Shown in pieces: positions 49,610 to 61,600 of a stretch of DNA of 64,000 nucleotides. The notes under the pieces are model-generated. The model was given only the letters and a program-made list of their open reading frames with translations. It was not told where the DNA came from and did no database searches. Position 1 is the first letter of the stretch, and the number at the start of each line of letters is the position of its first letter. Origin of the DNA: Felis catus (taxonomy: Eukaryota); the NCBI RefSeq assembly GCF_018350175.1, contig NW_025408521.1:1-64000 (forward strand), read 5' to 3'. Position numbers and translations under genes: made by a program.

Positions 49610-50874
49610 AAAACTGCAGAGCAATAGCCTGATGACTATGTATGCCGACATTCTCATTAAAATACCTTCAAATCAAAGTCCACAATACATTGATAGAATC
49701 ATTTACCATAATCAAGTGGGATATATTCCTGGGCTGCAAGCGTGGTTCCACATTCACAGATCAATCAACATGATGCACCACAATAATAGAAGAAAGCATA
49801 AGAACAATAGGATGCTTTCAACAGATGCAGGGAAACTATTTGATAAAATGTCACATCCATTCATGATAAAAACCCTCAGCAAAGTACATTGAGACTCAAC
49901 CTACCTGCACATAATAAAGGTCGTCTATGAAAAACCCACAGCTCATCTCATCCTCAATGGGTAAAAATTGAGAGTTTTTTTCCAAAGTCAGGGACAAGCT
50001 AGGAATGACCCCTCTCACCACTGTTATCCCACATAGTACGGGAAACCCTAACCACAGCACTCAGACGACAAAAAGAAATAAGAGGCATCCAAATCGGCAA
50101 GGAAGAAGTAGCACTTTCGCTGTTTGGAACTGACATGATAGGTTCTATAAAAAACATGAAAGGTTCCCTTAAAAATTGCTAGAATCGATATATGAATTCG
50201 ACAGGTCACAATCTACAGAAATCAAGGAACATAGATGTATTGAATTTCTAACACAAATCATGAATTAACACAGAGAGAAAGTAAGGGATCAATCCCATTG
50301 ACAGGCTCACAAATACCACAAGAAACCAGGCATACACCTAACCAAAGAGGTGAAAGACCTGTACTCTAAACGCTATGAAACACTGATGAAATAAATGGAA
50401 GAGGACACAAAGAAATGGACATACATTTCATGTTCATGGATGGGAAGCACAAAATACTGTTAAAATGTCTACACTCCTCAAAGCAATCTACACATATAAT
50501 GAAATGAAGTGTGATAGGGATATCACACTCACAAAAGCATTTGTCACAGAACAAGAACAAATAATCTCAAAATGTGTATGGAATGACAAAAGTCCCCAAA
50601 CAGCCAACACAAACTTGTAGAAGAAAAGCAAAGCTGGAGACATCACAATTCCAGACTTTCGGTTATATTACAAAGCTATACTGATCAGAACAGTATGATC
50701 AGTATGTCCGTACTGAACAGTACTGACAAAACAACAACAAAACATAACAACAACAACAAACTCATACGCATAGATCAATAGCATGGACACCCAGAAATAA
50801 ACTCACACCTCTATGGTCAATTAATTCTCAACAAAGCAGGAAAGAACATCCAATGGAAAAAAAAAGATAGTCTT

Positions 50875-51000
50875 GGGACACATGGGTGGCCCAGTCACGA
50901 AAGCGTGTGATGGTGGGTTCAGCTCAGGTCATGATCTCAGGGCAGTGCAGAGCATGCGTGGGATTCTCTCTCTCCATATCTCTCTGCCCCTCTTCTGCAT

Positions 51001-51036
<36 letters not shown>

Positions 51037-51064
51037 AAAAATAAATACATAAATTAAAAAAAAA
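50875..51064 (+). mobile_element. Diverged, internally deleted Can-SINE in L1 ORF2
   Basis: gggacacatgggtggcccagtc head, ctcaggtcatgatctc, (TC)n and aaaaataaat tail; the B-box segment is missing. Confidence 0.8.
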
Positions 51065-52738
51065 GGCTCCTCAACATATGGTTTTGGAAAAACTGGACAG
51101 CAATCTGCAAAACAAAACAAAAACAACGTACCAATTTCTTACAACATACACAAAAATAAATCCAACATGGACAAAGACCTATATGTGAAACCTGAAACCA
51201 TAAAAATCCCAGAGGATAACACGGGTAGTATCTTACTTGACATTGCCTGTACAAACGTCTTTGTAGATATATCTCTAGAGGTAAGGGAAACGCAAGCAAA
51301 AATAATGAGACTTTATAAAAATTAAAACCTTCCGTCACCAAGGAAATAATCAACAAAACGAAAACATCAACAGAATGATATTTGCAAACGACATCGGATA
51401 AAGGGTTAGTGTCCAAAATATATACAGTTATACAGCACGCAAAAAATGAGAAATCTGATTAAAAATGGGCAGAAGACACGAGCGGACATTTCCCGAAGGA
51501 AGACATATACATGGCCAAGAGACACATGAAAAAATGCTCAACAATACTGATCTTCAGGGACATACAATTCGAAAGTACAATGAGAGAACACATCACATCT
51601 GTCACAATGGCTAAAATCAATGAAGGATGACACAGCAGGTGTTGCCATGGATGTGGGGAAAGAATAACCCTCTTGCACTGTGGGTAGGAATGCAAACTGG
51701 TGCAGCCACTCTGGAAAACCACATGGAGATGTCAAAAACAAAACAAAACTGGAAATAGAAGTACCTTACAATCCAGCAACTTCACTACAAGGTATTTCCA
51801 CAAAGAATACAAAATCTTCAAAGGGATACATGCACCGTGATGTTTACAGCAGCATTTTCTACAAAAGCCAAATGACAGAAACTATCCAAGCACCCATCAA
51901 CTGATGAATAAATTGAGATGTGGTCTATGGAATGTAATATGATTTAGCCGTAAAAACGTGAAATCTTGCCATTTGCCACAAGGTGGATGGAGAGAGAGAA
52001 TGTTATGCTGGGGGAAATAAGCCTGTCGGAGAAAGACAAATACCCAATGATTTCGCTAACACATGGCAAGAAAAAACAAAGGGGCAGGGGGAGGAGACAA
52101 ACGGACTCTTAACTAGGAAAGGAACTGAGGAGTTCCACAGCGAGGTGAGGGAATGGGTGAAACAGCGGATGGGATGAGCACCGGGTGACGTGTGGAAGTG
52201 GTGCTCTATATTGGACACCTGAAACTAATATTACACTGTGTCTTCACTCAGTGGAATTTAAATTCAAAGATAACATAAGGTTACTGAGACTTACCTACCG
52301 GGTTTTCAGTAGTGTTCAATCACTTCACTAGGTTGGAAAAATAACCATGAAATTTTTAAAAAAGCATGTATGATATGTGGGACAGTTTGTGCCCTTACCT
52401 TGGCCTCTGGGTCCAGCAGGACTCGGAACATGGGTCCCAGCTCCTTCTTCTAGAAGGTCGTGAGACGAGCATTTCATGGATCCAAGTCCTACTTGAATGC
52501 AGCTCCCGTGCTTCTGAATTTCTGTTAGGGTTTCTTCCCGGAAACAAGCCTGGATCTGGAACAAATCATCGATTGCATCTATGAGGTGATGTCGTGGGAC
52601 CCCGCAATCCACAAGTCCTTTAGTAAAATACGTCTTGTTCAAACAGTGTCCGGGAAGGGGTGGAATGAAACACGGGAACAGCCCAGAAAATGCAAAGGCC
52701 TGTGTAACTCAGCGACCAGCTTGACCAGGGAAGCCACC

Positions 52739-52756
52739 CGGCGCCCCCTCCTCAGC
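52739..52756 (-). promoter_or_regulatory. Second, weaker CTCF-like motif (GCTGAGGAGGGGGCGCCG)
   Basis: Has the AGGGGGCGC 3' core but lacks the 5' CC; same orientation as the 52964 site. Confidence 0.3.
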
Positions 52757-52963
52757 ACTCAGTACAGCAAGGCAGCTTCTCTCTGGCGACTCAGGAGATG
52801 CCAAGTTGCTGCTAAGCTCCCAAGGTCTCCCCTGGGGCGGGTGGCAGAACCTGCTGGAAATGCAGCTCTCGTCTCTGTACTCAGGCACCAGCAGAGGCCT
52901 GAGTCCTCTGAGAGCAAGCAAAGCCCTTCCTGCTCTGAGGTGCCCTGGGTCAGAAAAGCAGAT

Positions 52964-52983
52964 GGTGCGCCCTCTGCTGGCTA
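52964..52983 (-). promoter_or_regulatory. Strong CTCF-like motif (TAGCCAGCAGAGGGCGCACC)
   Basis: Matches the canonical CTCF core CCAS-Y-AGRGGGCGC by eye; no binding data available. Confidence 0.5.
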
Positions 52984-53354
52984 TCACTGCCCAGCAGAGG
53001 AACCCGCCCCTCGGGGGTCTGTGGTTCTTGAGCTCTCTCTGCTGGCCATCATGGGAATTCCTCCAATGTTGAAGGCCCTGGTTGCTCAGCTGAGAGACCG
53101 AAGGTGCTCTGGGCAACTAAGCCTGTTCTCCTCGTTGGGAAGGTTTTAGTGACAGGGCCTGGGACCCAAAATCTTTTCCTTCTCTTTCTTGTGAGTGAAG
53201 AATGAAACCGAATTTATTAACGTAACGACATCATTTGTAATGTTTTAAGCAATATTCACAGAAAAATAGACCACCGATTTACACATGCTGAACAAGACGT
53301 AATTTTGTTTACCACCAAAATACTTAGGTTAGATAAAGAATGGACACCTTTGAG

Positions 53355-53573
53355 AGAGAGAGATACCGGCGTCCAGCTATGGAGTGAATGAGTCCTAGGG
53401 ATACAAGGGACAGCCAATGGAATGGAGTCAATCTTGTAACAATATTGTTGCATGCTTTCACAGGATAGCTACACTTGTGGTTGAGTACAACATAATGTAG
53501 AGACATATGGAATGACTACAATGTATGCCTAAAACTAACACAACGAATATGTGAACAATATTTCAATTAAAAA
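53355..53573 (+). mobile_element. Old L1 3'UTR fragment
   Basis: gagataccggcgtccagctatggagtgaatgagtc...tagctacacttgtgg...aaactaac...tttcaattaaaaa resembles older mammalian/carnivore L1 3' ends. Confidence 0.75.
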
Positions 53574-53631
53574 TAGACATCCTTTACACTATCTTTAATT
53601 TCTTCTTCTTTGCCACTAAACTATCCTTCCA

Positions 53632-53830
53632 GGGGCCCTTGGGTGGCTTAGTCGGTTAAGCGTCCGACTTTGAGTCAAGTCAGGATTTGGCAGTCCATGA
53701 GTTTGAGCCCCGCATCAAGCTCTGTCCTGAGAGCTCAGAGCCTTGAGCCTGCCTCATATTCGGTGTCTCCCACTCTATCCCCCTCCCCAGCTCGGGTTCT
53801 CTCAAAAAAAGAAACATTAAAAATGAAAAA
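53632..53830 (+). mobile_element. Can-SINE
   Basis: ggggcccttgggtggcttagtcggttaagcgtccgactt head, gagtttgagcccc B-box and A-rich tail. Confidence 0.9.
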
Positions 53831-54889
53831 TCATTCCTCATTGAGAATCTGCGAATTTCCATTCATACCAGATTCTCTAACATCACCTTCCTGGTGTTGA
53901 AAGCTTATCTGAAAAGTCACGAATAACATCTTTGATGACACATATGTGACAACGTCAGAATGCAACTTACAGGGAGCTACACATCAGTTGTGAATTTACA
54001 GTGTGTATCCTTGGCTAATATTTCCAATGAAATGTGCTTTAGGGATACGGATGGATGAAATAATGTCCATCCGTCATATAGGTCAATTTCCTATAGGACT
54101 ATTATGCCTTCAATGACTAATTGCCATCTCTTCAGAACTAAAAGAAAGCTGGGTCAAGAAAATGTCTTTGAATTTCATGTAAGAGAAGACTAGGGTGTTT
54201 GAAAGGGTCCACTTACCTTCTGGATTCCTCAGATTGGTTGTGGAGAGGAGGATAGCAACCTATGATTTGGATGCACACCGCTAGTCCCAGAGGGAGGATG
54301 TGTACCTTATTGTCAAATATTACTAGTCCACCTCTGCCAGGTCCAGACTGCAGGACCTGGGGGCAACGCAATGCCTGATGCCTGGGTTCAGAACTTGAGG
54401 AAGGCAGGCTGGCGGGGGAGGGGGGAAATCCAACAGAGCCTGGGGCACTGAGGGAGATGGCCCTGGGACACCTCCCCACAGGGCAGGCTATGGAGTTTAC
54501 CTGCCAAAGAGCAGCACACTCTCCCTCAAGACATCCCTCTCCATGACAGAACGTGAGGCTGAACCTCACAATTCCAGAAGAAATGAGGGCGACCCATCTT
54601 TTCAATTCCAATGGCCTCTGCAGAACTTGGACCCAGGGATGTTGGAGTCTTGGGGCCATGGAACCCTGATGCCCATGATAGAAGCCCTTTCTGCCCCAGC
54701 ACTCAGAGCCACTTCCTACATCCCCTCTCCCCTGGCCCATCTAACCGTGTCCACATACCAGACCAGGTCTCTACTTTCCTTCTTGTACTTCCTCTTTGTC
54801 TCTGTTTCTCTCTAACCACATCTCTCTCTATTTCTTCCTTTCACTCTCTAGGGAGTGGTGTATTATACTGTGCTAAACTTTGTTCTTAT

Positions 54890-56085
54890 ACTTGTGAATA
54901 TCCAATGTTCCCAGCACCAGTTATTCAAAAGACTACTCTTCTCCACTGTGTATTATTGACTCCCTTGTCGAATACTAGGTGACTGTGATGCATGGGTTTA
55001 GTTTGGGCTCTCAATTTCTGTTCCATTGTCTTGTGTGTGTGCTTATGCCAGTGACATAATTGATTTCTTTGTGTTAGAATGACGCTTGAAATCAAGAAGG
55101 TGGATGCCTCCTGTTTTGTTCTTTCTTGCGTTGGCTACATGGGGTCTTTTTGTGGTTCCAAATAAATTTTAGGATATGATTTTCTAATTGCATAAATATT
55201 GCATCGGAGTCTTGATAGAGATTGCACTGAATCTCTAGATGGCTTTGGGTAATATGGACATTGTATCTGTATTAATTCCTCCGAAAGTTGGACATGGGAT
55301 GGCTTTTCACTGACTTGTGTGTTCTCCCCTTTCTTTCACCCAAATTGAATTTCTTCCATTTCTGCACACAGGTTTTATAGTTTTCTGTAGAGAGATTTTC
55401 ATTTCCTTGGCTAATGGTATTGCTATAATTTTTATTGTTTTTGATGCTATTGTAAATGGGATTGTTTTCTTTACTTCTTCTCAGATAATTGGGTTAGTGT
55501 ATAGGAATGATACAGAATTTGATATGGTGACTTTATAGTTTGGAACTTCACTGCATTTCTTGATTAGATATTAATAGGTTCTTTTACATTAAACTTTTTA
55601 TTTCAGTCCTTTACCTAGTTAAAAAAAAACACAACATGTTATTTGGGAATAGCTGACACACTACGTTACATGAGTTTCATATGAAAAACATAGTCATTGG
55701 CAAATGTATACATTCTGCTATGCTAATACAGGTGTAGCTATCATCTGTCACCATGCATCACTACTCCAGTACCATTCTCTATGTGCCCTATGCTATATCT
55801 TCTATCTGAGTCATTCATTGCATAACCAGAAGCCTGCATCATCCAATCCCCTTCACATATCTAGGGCATCCTTGTCTTGTGCCTGATCTTAGCGGAAAAT
55901 CTTTAACAATTTCACTACTGAGTATGACATTAGCTGTTGGCTTCACATACATGGCCTTTGTTATGTTGAGATCGGACCCTTCTACACAGAATTTTAAAGA
56001 GATTTTTACCACAAATGGATACCAAATTTTCTCAGAACGCTTTTTCTGTGTCTATTGACATCATCACATGAGTTTCCTTTTTCCT
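54890..56085 (-). mobile_element. Old antisense L1 ORF2 fragments, with a nested antisense L1 3'UTR piece at ~55640-55856
   Basis: T-rich antisense L1 motifs (tcccagcacca.ttatt, attgcactgaatctctagatggctttggg, gatgctattgtaaatgggattg, gggcatccttgtcttgtgcctgatcttag). Confidence 0.85.
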
Positions 56086-56094
56086 TTTTAACAT

Positions 56095-56311
56095 GCATTT
56101 ATTTAGTTTAGTTTAAACGTATTTATGTGTTTTTTTAGTACTCATTTTTTCAAGTTTTTATTTAAATTCCAGTTGGTTAACATGCAGTGAAATGTTAGCT
56201 TCAGGTAAAGAATGTAGTCATCCATCACTTACATACAACACCCAGTGATCCTCACTACTAGTGCCCTCCATAGTCCATCACCCATTTAACCCATCTCCCT
56301 ATGCCACCTCC
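56095..56311 (-). mobile_element. Antisense carnivore L1 3' end (polyT plus 3'UTR), truncated by satellite
   Basis: tttaaattccagttggttaaca...cttcaggt...acttacatacaacacccagtg...cccatttaacccatc is the reverse complement of the 3'UTR seen at ~47930-48065. Confidence 0.85.
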
Positions 56312-56312
56312 A

Positions 56313-58656
56313 TGGCGACGTCCCTGGACCGAACCCTAACCCAGGCTAAGGCTCTCCCACATGGGGACCCAATTCCAACATCTGACAACACCACGCACCT
56401 GGGGTCCATAAGCGATGCAGGCTGAATCGGCATGGAACCTAGAAGCTCACCATGTCATTTCCCAGGCCCGGCTGCAGCTACTAAGAGGATTCTGGAGGCC
56501 TCCTCGACCAGGGGCAAATCGTCGTCTGTGCCCAAGGCAGCCAAAGACAGATCCTGCACGGAACCATCCCTTGTGCCCTCAGTTCAGCCCTTTGGGGACA
56601 CCACTGCCCTGCTGAGGGTTCGGCGCCTGGAGCCTGCGGGGACCTAACCCTAAACCTACCCTACCCCGAACCGGGACCCTCCACCGAAACCGAAGCCTGC
56701 CTTGATACCTAACCCTGGAATTGAGCTGACTTCTGGCATGGGCCCTTACTTCAGCCCTCGAGGGAGATCACAAGACTGGAGTCGCTTCGGCACAGGCTAC
56801 GTCCGTGGACCGAACTCTAACAGAGCTAAGGCTCAGTCCCCATGGGGCCCCAATTCGAACGTCTGACAACACCACGGGCCTGGGGTCCAGAAGCGGTGCA
56901 AGCTGACTCAGCATGGAACCTGGAAGCTCACCATGTCGTTTCCGAGGCCTGGGTGCAGCAGTGCGAAAGGATTCCGGAGGCCTCCTCGACCAGGGGCCGA
57001 TCGAAGTTTGTGGCCTTGGCAGCCAAAGACGGATCCTGACCGGCACCGTCCCATGTGCCCTCAACTCAGCCTTTCGGGGAGAACACTGCCCTGCTGTGGG
57101 TTCGGCGCCTGGAACCTCCTGGGACCTAACCCTAACCCTAACTCTACCCCGAACCGGGACCCTCCCCGAAACCTAAGCCTGCCTCGATCCCTAATCCTGC
57201 ATTTGAGCCGCCTTCTGGCATGGGCCCTCACTTCGGCCCTCGAGGGAGATCACGAGACCGGAGTCGCTTCAGCCCTGGCGACGTCCCTGGCCCGAACCCT
57301 AACCCTAGCTAAGGCTCTCCCCTCATGGGGACCCAATTCCAACGTCTGACAGCATCACGCGCCTGGGGTCCAGAAGCGGTGCAGGCTGACTCGGCAAGGA
57401 ACCTGGAAGCTCACCATGTCGTTTCCCAGGCCCGCTGCAGCTGCCCTAGAGGATTCCGGAGGCCTCCTCGACCAGGGGCTTAAGGACGCGTGTGGCTTTG
57501 GCAGCCAAAGAGGGATCCTGACCGGCACCGTCCCTTGTGCCCTCAACTCAGCCCTTCGGGGAGACCACGGCCCTGCTGTGGGTTCGGCACCTGGAGCCTC
57601 CTGGGACATAACCCTAACCTTACCCCTATCCCAAACCAGGAACCTCCACCGAAACCTAAGCCTGCCTCGATCCCTAACCCTGCAATTGAGCTGACTTCTG
57701 TCATGGGCCCTCACTTCAGCCTTCGAGGGAGATCATGAGACCAGAGTCACTTCGGCCCTGGCGACGTCCCTGGTTCGAACCCGAACCATAGCTAAGGCTC
57801 TCTCCCCATGGGGACCCAATTCCAACGTCTGACAACTCCACATGCCTGGGGTCCAGAAGCGGTGCAGGACGACTTGGCAGGGAACCTGGAGGACCACCAT
57901 GTCGTTTCCCAGGCCCGGCTGCAGCTCGGGAGAGGATTCCGGAGGCCTCCTCGACCAGGGGTGATCAACGTGTGTGGCCTTTGCAGACAAAGCCGCACCC
58001 TGACAGGCACCGTCCCTTGTGCCCTCATCTCAGCCCTTGGGGAGACCACTGCCCTGTTGTGGGTTCGGCGTCTGGAGCCTCCTGGGAGCTAACCCTAACC
58101 CTAACCCTACCCCGAACCGTGACCCTCCACCGAAACCTAAGCCTGCCCCAAACCCTAACCCTGCAATTGAGCCACCTTCTGGCATGGGCCCTCACTTCAC
58201 CCCTCGAGAGAGATCACTAGACGGGAGTCGCTACAGCCCTGGCAATGTCCCTGGACAGAACCGTAACCCTAGCTAAGGCTCTCTCCCCATGGGGACCCAA
58301 TTCCAACGTCAGAAAATACCACGCGCCTGGGGTCCAGAAGCGGTGGAGGCTGACTCGCCATGGAAACTGGAAGCTCACCATGTCGTTTCCCATGCCCGGC
58401 TGCACCTGCCCGAGAGGATTCCGGAAGTCTCCTCGACCAGGGGCCGATTGAAGTTTGTGGCCGTGGCAGCCAAAGACAGATCCTGGCCGGCACCGTCCCT
58501 TGTGCCCTCAACTCAGCCCTTCGGGGAGACCACTGCCCTGTTGTGTGTTCGGTGCCGGGAGCCTCCTGGGAGCTAACCCTAACACTAACCGTACCCCGAA
58601 CCGGGACCCTCCACCAAAAGTTAAGCCTGCTTCAATCCCTAACCCTGCAATTGAGC
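56313..58656 (+). repeat. Diverged FA-SAT monomers (~5)
   Basis: Anchor 'gctaaggctc' at ~56345, 56825, 57308, 57791 and 58272. Confidence 0.92.
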
Positions 58657-61600
58657 ATCCTCCTCACCCGTGGCTGTCACTTACCATGGCTCATCATGGC
58701 TGATCCTCTCCGGGCCTCCTCACCAGGGGCTGCTCACCTCGGGCCTCCTCATCCGGGGCTGTCACTTACCATGGCTCATCATGCCTGAAGCCTCTCCCTG
58801 TACCTGAATGCAGCCTCCTGACCATGGGGTCTCAGCTAGGAAACTTCCAGGAAAGGTTCGAGTAGTGGGAGACACAGAATCCCATGCAGACTCTCCAGCG
58901 GCTGTGCAGTGAGCACAAAATCCCAAGCGAGACATATGCCTGAATCCCAAAAGCCAACAAACCTTGTGGGCTCAGGTCCGAAAGTCCCGGGTTAGGACCG
59001 AGGAATGCCAGACACAGAATCCCAAACAACTGCTATGAGCTGTGGCTTCCAGGCCCTTAGTCAATTACCATGGCTCACCATGGCTGAAGCCGCTCCCTGT
59101 ACCTGAGAGAAAGGGGTCACAGAATACCAGAACCTGGGGTCTCAGCTTAGAATCTCCCGGAAATGGTCCCAGAAATCAGAGAGACACAGAAACCCAAGCA
59201 GCCCATCCAGGGATGTGCGCGAGCACAAAATCCCAAGGGAGACATAAGTTAGACACAAAAAACCCTGTGGTCTCAGCTCAGAAATTCCCGAGATAGGTCA
59301 GATGGATGCCAGACACACAATCCCAATCAGCTACTGTGAGACCCGGCTTCGAGGCCGGGAGTCAATTACCATGGCTTTCCACGGCTGAGGCCACTCCCTG
59401 TACCTGAGAGAATGGGGTCACACAATCACAAACACCGGCAGACCCTGGGATCCCTGCTCAGAAACTCCCGGGCAAGTTCCGAGGGATTGGAGACACAGAA
59501 TTGGTAGTGGCCCTGCTCGCCCCGGGCCTCCAGGCTCACCCCGGGACTCCTCGCCCCGGGGCTGCTCGCCCAGGGGCTCCTCGCCCGGGGCTGCTTGCCC
59601 CGGGGCCTCCACGCCCGGGGCAGCCTGCTATGGCTCACTATGGCTGAAGCCGTTCCTGTACCTGAGAGAAGGGGTCTCACAAACACAAACACCCGCCAGG
59701 CTCTGGGTTCCCTTCTCAGAAACTCCCGGGGAAGTTCGGAGGGATAGGATGCACAAAATGGGTAGTGCTCCTGCTCGCCCCGGGCCTCCACGCCCGGGGC
59801 TGTATCTTACCATGGCTCATCAGGGCTGAAGCCTCTCCCTGTACCCGACAGAAATGGGTCAGTGTTTCTCACACAGGCTCCAGACCATGGGGTATGAGCT
59901 GAGAAACATACCCGGAAGTTTAGAGAAGTCGGAGACAAAGAATCCCAAGCAGCCCCTCCAGCGGCTATGCAGCGAGCACAAAATCCCAAAGAGACATATG
60001 CCTGAATCCTAAAAAGCCAACAAACCATTCCTCTCAGCTCAGAAACTCCCGGGATAAAACCGAGGGATGGGAGACACAGAATCCCAAACACCTGCTACGA
60101 GCCCCGGCCTCCAGGCCCTGAGTCATTACCATGGGTCACCATGGCTGAAGCCACTCCCTGTACCTGAGAGAAATGGGTCAGAGTATCCCACACAGCCTCC
60201 ACACCATGGGGTCTCAGCTGAGAAACTTTGGGGGAAGGTTGGAGAAGTGGGAGACACAGAATCCCAAGCAGCCCCTCCAGAAGCTATGCAGCGAGCACAA
60301 AATCCCAAGGCAACATACGCCTGAATCCTAAAAAGCGAACAAACCCTTCCTCTCACCTCAGAAACTCCCAGGTTAGGACCGAGGGATGCGAGACCCAGAA
60401 TCCCAAACACCTGCTACGACCCCTGGCCTCCAGGGCCTGAGTCATTACCACGGCTCAAGACGGCTGAAGCCGGTCCCTTTAACTGAGAGAAAGGGGTCAG
60501 AGAACACGAAACAGCCTCCAGACACTGGGGTCTCAGCTGAGAAACTCCCCAGAAAGGTCCGATGGTTTGGAGACAGAGAATAGGAAGTGCCCCGCTAGCC
60601 CTGGGGCCTCCTCGCCCGAGGCTGTCTCATACCATGCCTCATCATGCCTGTTGCCTTCCCCTGTACCTGAGAGAAACGGGTCACGGTATCCCACACAGCC
60701 TCCAGACCAGGGGGTCTCAGCTAAGAAACGTACAGGGAAGGTTGGAGAAGTGGGAGACAGAATCCCAAGTAGCCCCTCCAGGGGCTATGCAGCGAACTCA
60801 AAATCCCAAGGAAACATAGGCCTGAATCCTAAAAAGCCAACAAACTCTTCCTGTCAGCTCCGAAACTCCCGGGTTAGGACCGAGGGATGCGAGACCCAGA
60901 ATCCCAAACACCTGCTAGGAACCCCGGCCTGAGGCCCTGAGTCATTACGATGGGACACCTTGGCTGAAGCCGCTCCCTTTACCTGAGAGAAAGGGGTCAC
61001 AGAACCTGAAACAGACTCCAGACACTAGGGTCTCAGCTGAGAAACTCCCCGGAAAGGTCTGATGGATTGGAGACTAAAGATAGGAAGTGCCCCGCTCGCC
61101 CCAGGCCTCCTCTCCACGGGCTGCTCGCCCGGGGCCTCCTCACACGGGGCTGCTCGCCCCGGGCCTCCACGCCCGGGGCTGCTCGCCCCGGGCCTCCACG
61201 CCCGGGGCTGCTCGCTATGGCTCACTATGCTGAAGCGTTCCTGTACCTGAAAGATGGGCTCACACCAATACATACACCCGCCAGGCTCTGGGTTCCCTGC
61301 TCAGAAATCCTCGGGGAAGTTCGGAGGGATAGGTTGCACAAAATGGGTTGTGCTCCTGCTCGACCGGGGACTCCACGCCCAGGGCTGTATCTTACCATGG
61401 CTCATCAGGCCTGAAGCCTCTCCCTGTACCCCACAGAAACGGGTCAGTGTTTCCCACACAGCCTCCAGACCAGGGGGTCTCAGCTAAGAAACTTACGGGG
61501 AAGGATGGAGAAGTGGGAGACACAGAATGCCATGCAGCCCCCTCCAGCGGCTATGCAGCAAGCACAAAATCCCTAGGAGGCATATGCCTGAATCCTGAAA

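Larger units (their letters stand above)
46810..52278 (+). mobile_element. Long decayed LINE-1 (inter-ORF region, nearly the whole ORF2 remnant, 3'UTR) hosting nested insertions
   Basis: Endonuclease start MGLNIYLAIITLTINGLNAPIQRH (~46938); IVEDFNTSLTSMDR (48250); RT-region HNQVGYIPGLQAWFHIHRSINMMHH (~49700); 3'UTR cacctgaaactaatattacactg...ggaatttaaat (~52215-52265). Many stops and frameshifts. Confidence 0.92.

Noticed and set aside
46810..52278. Active LINE-1 or functional reverse transcriptase
   Set aside because: No 5'UTR or intact ORF1, ORF2 is fragmented and interrupted by four insertions, and the FADD catalytic motif is degraded (~50120).
52500..52560. Homeobox/DUX-like remnant ('FQIQACFREE' resembling 'RIQVWFQNRR')
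   Set aside because: The invariant W and N and the upstream helices are missing; similarity is too weak.
52586..53149. 187-aa + strand ORF, and the 175-aa - strand ORF at 54213-54740
   Set aside because: No recognisable domain, and overlapping ORFs in other frames; not supportable as CDS.
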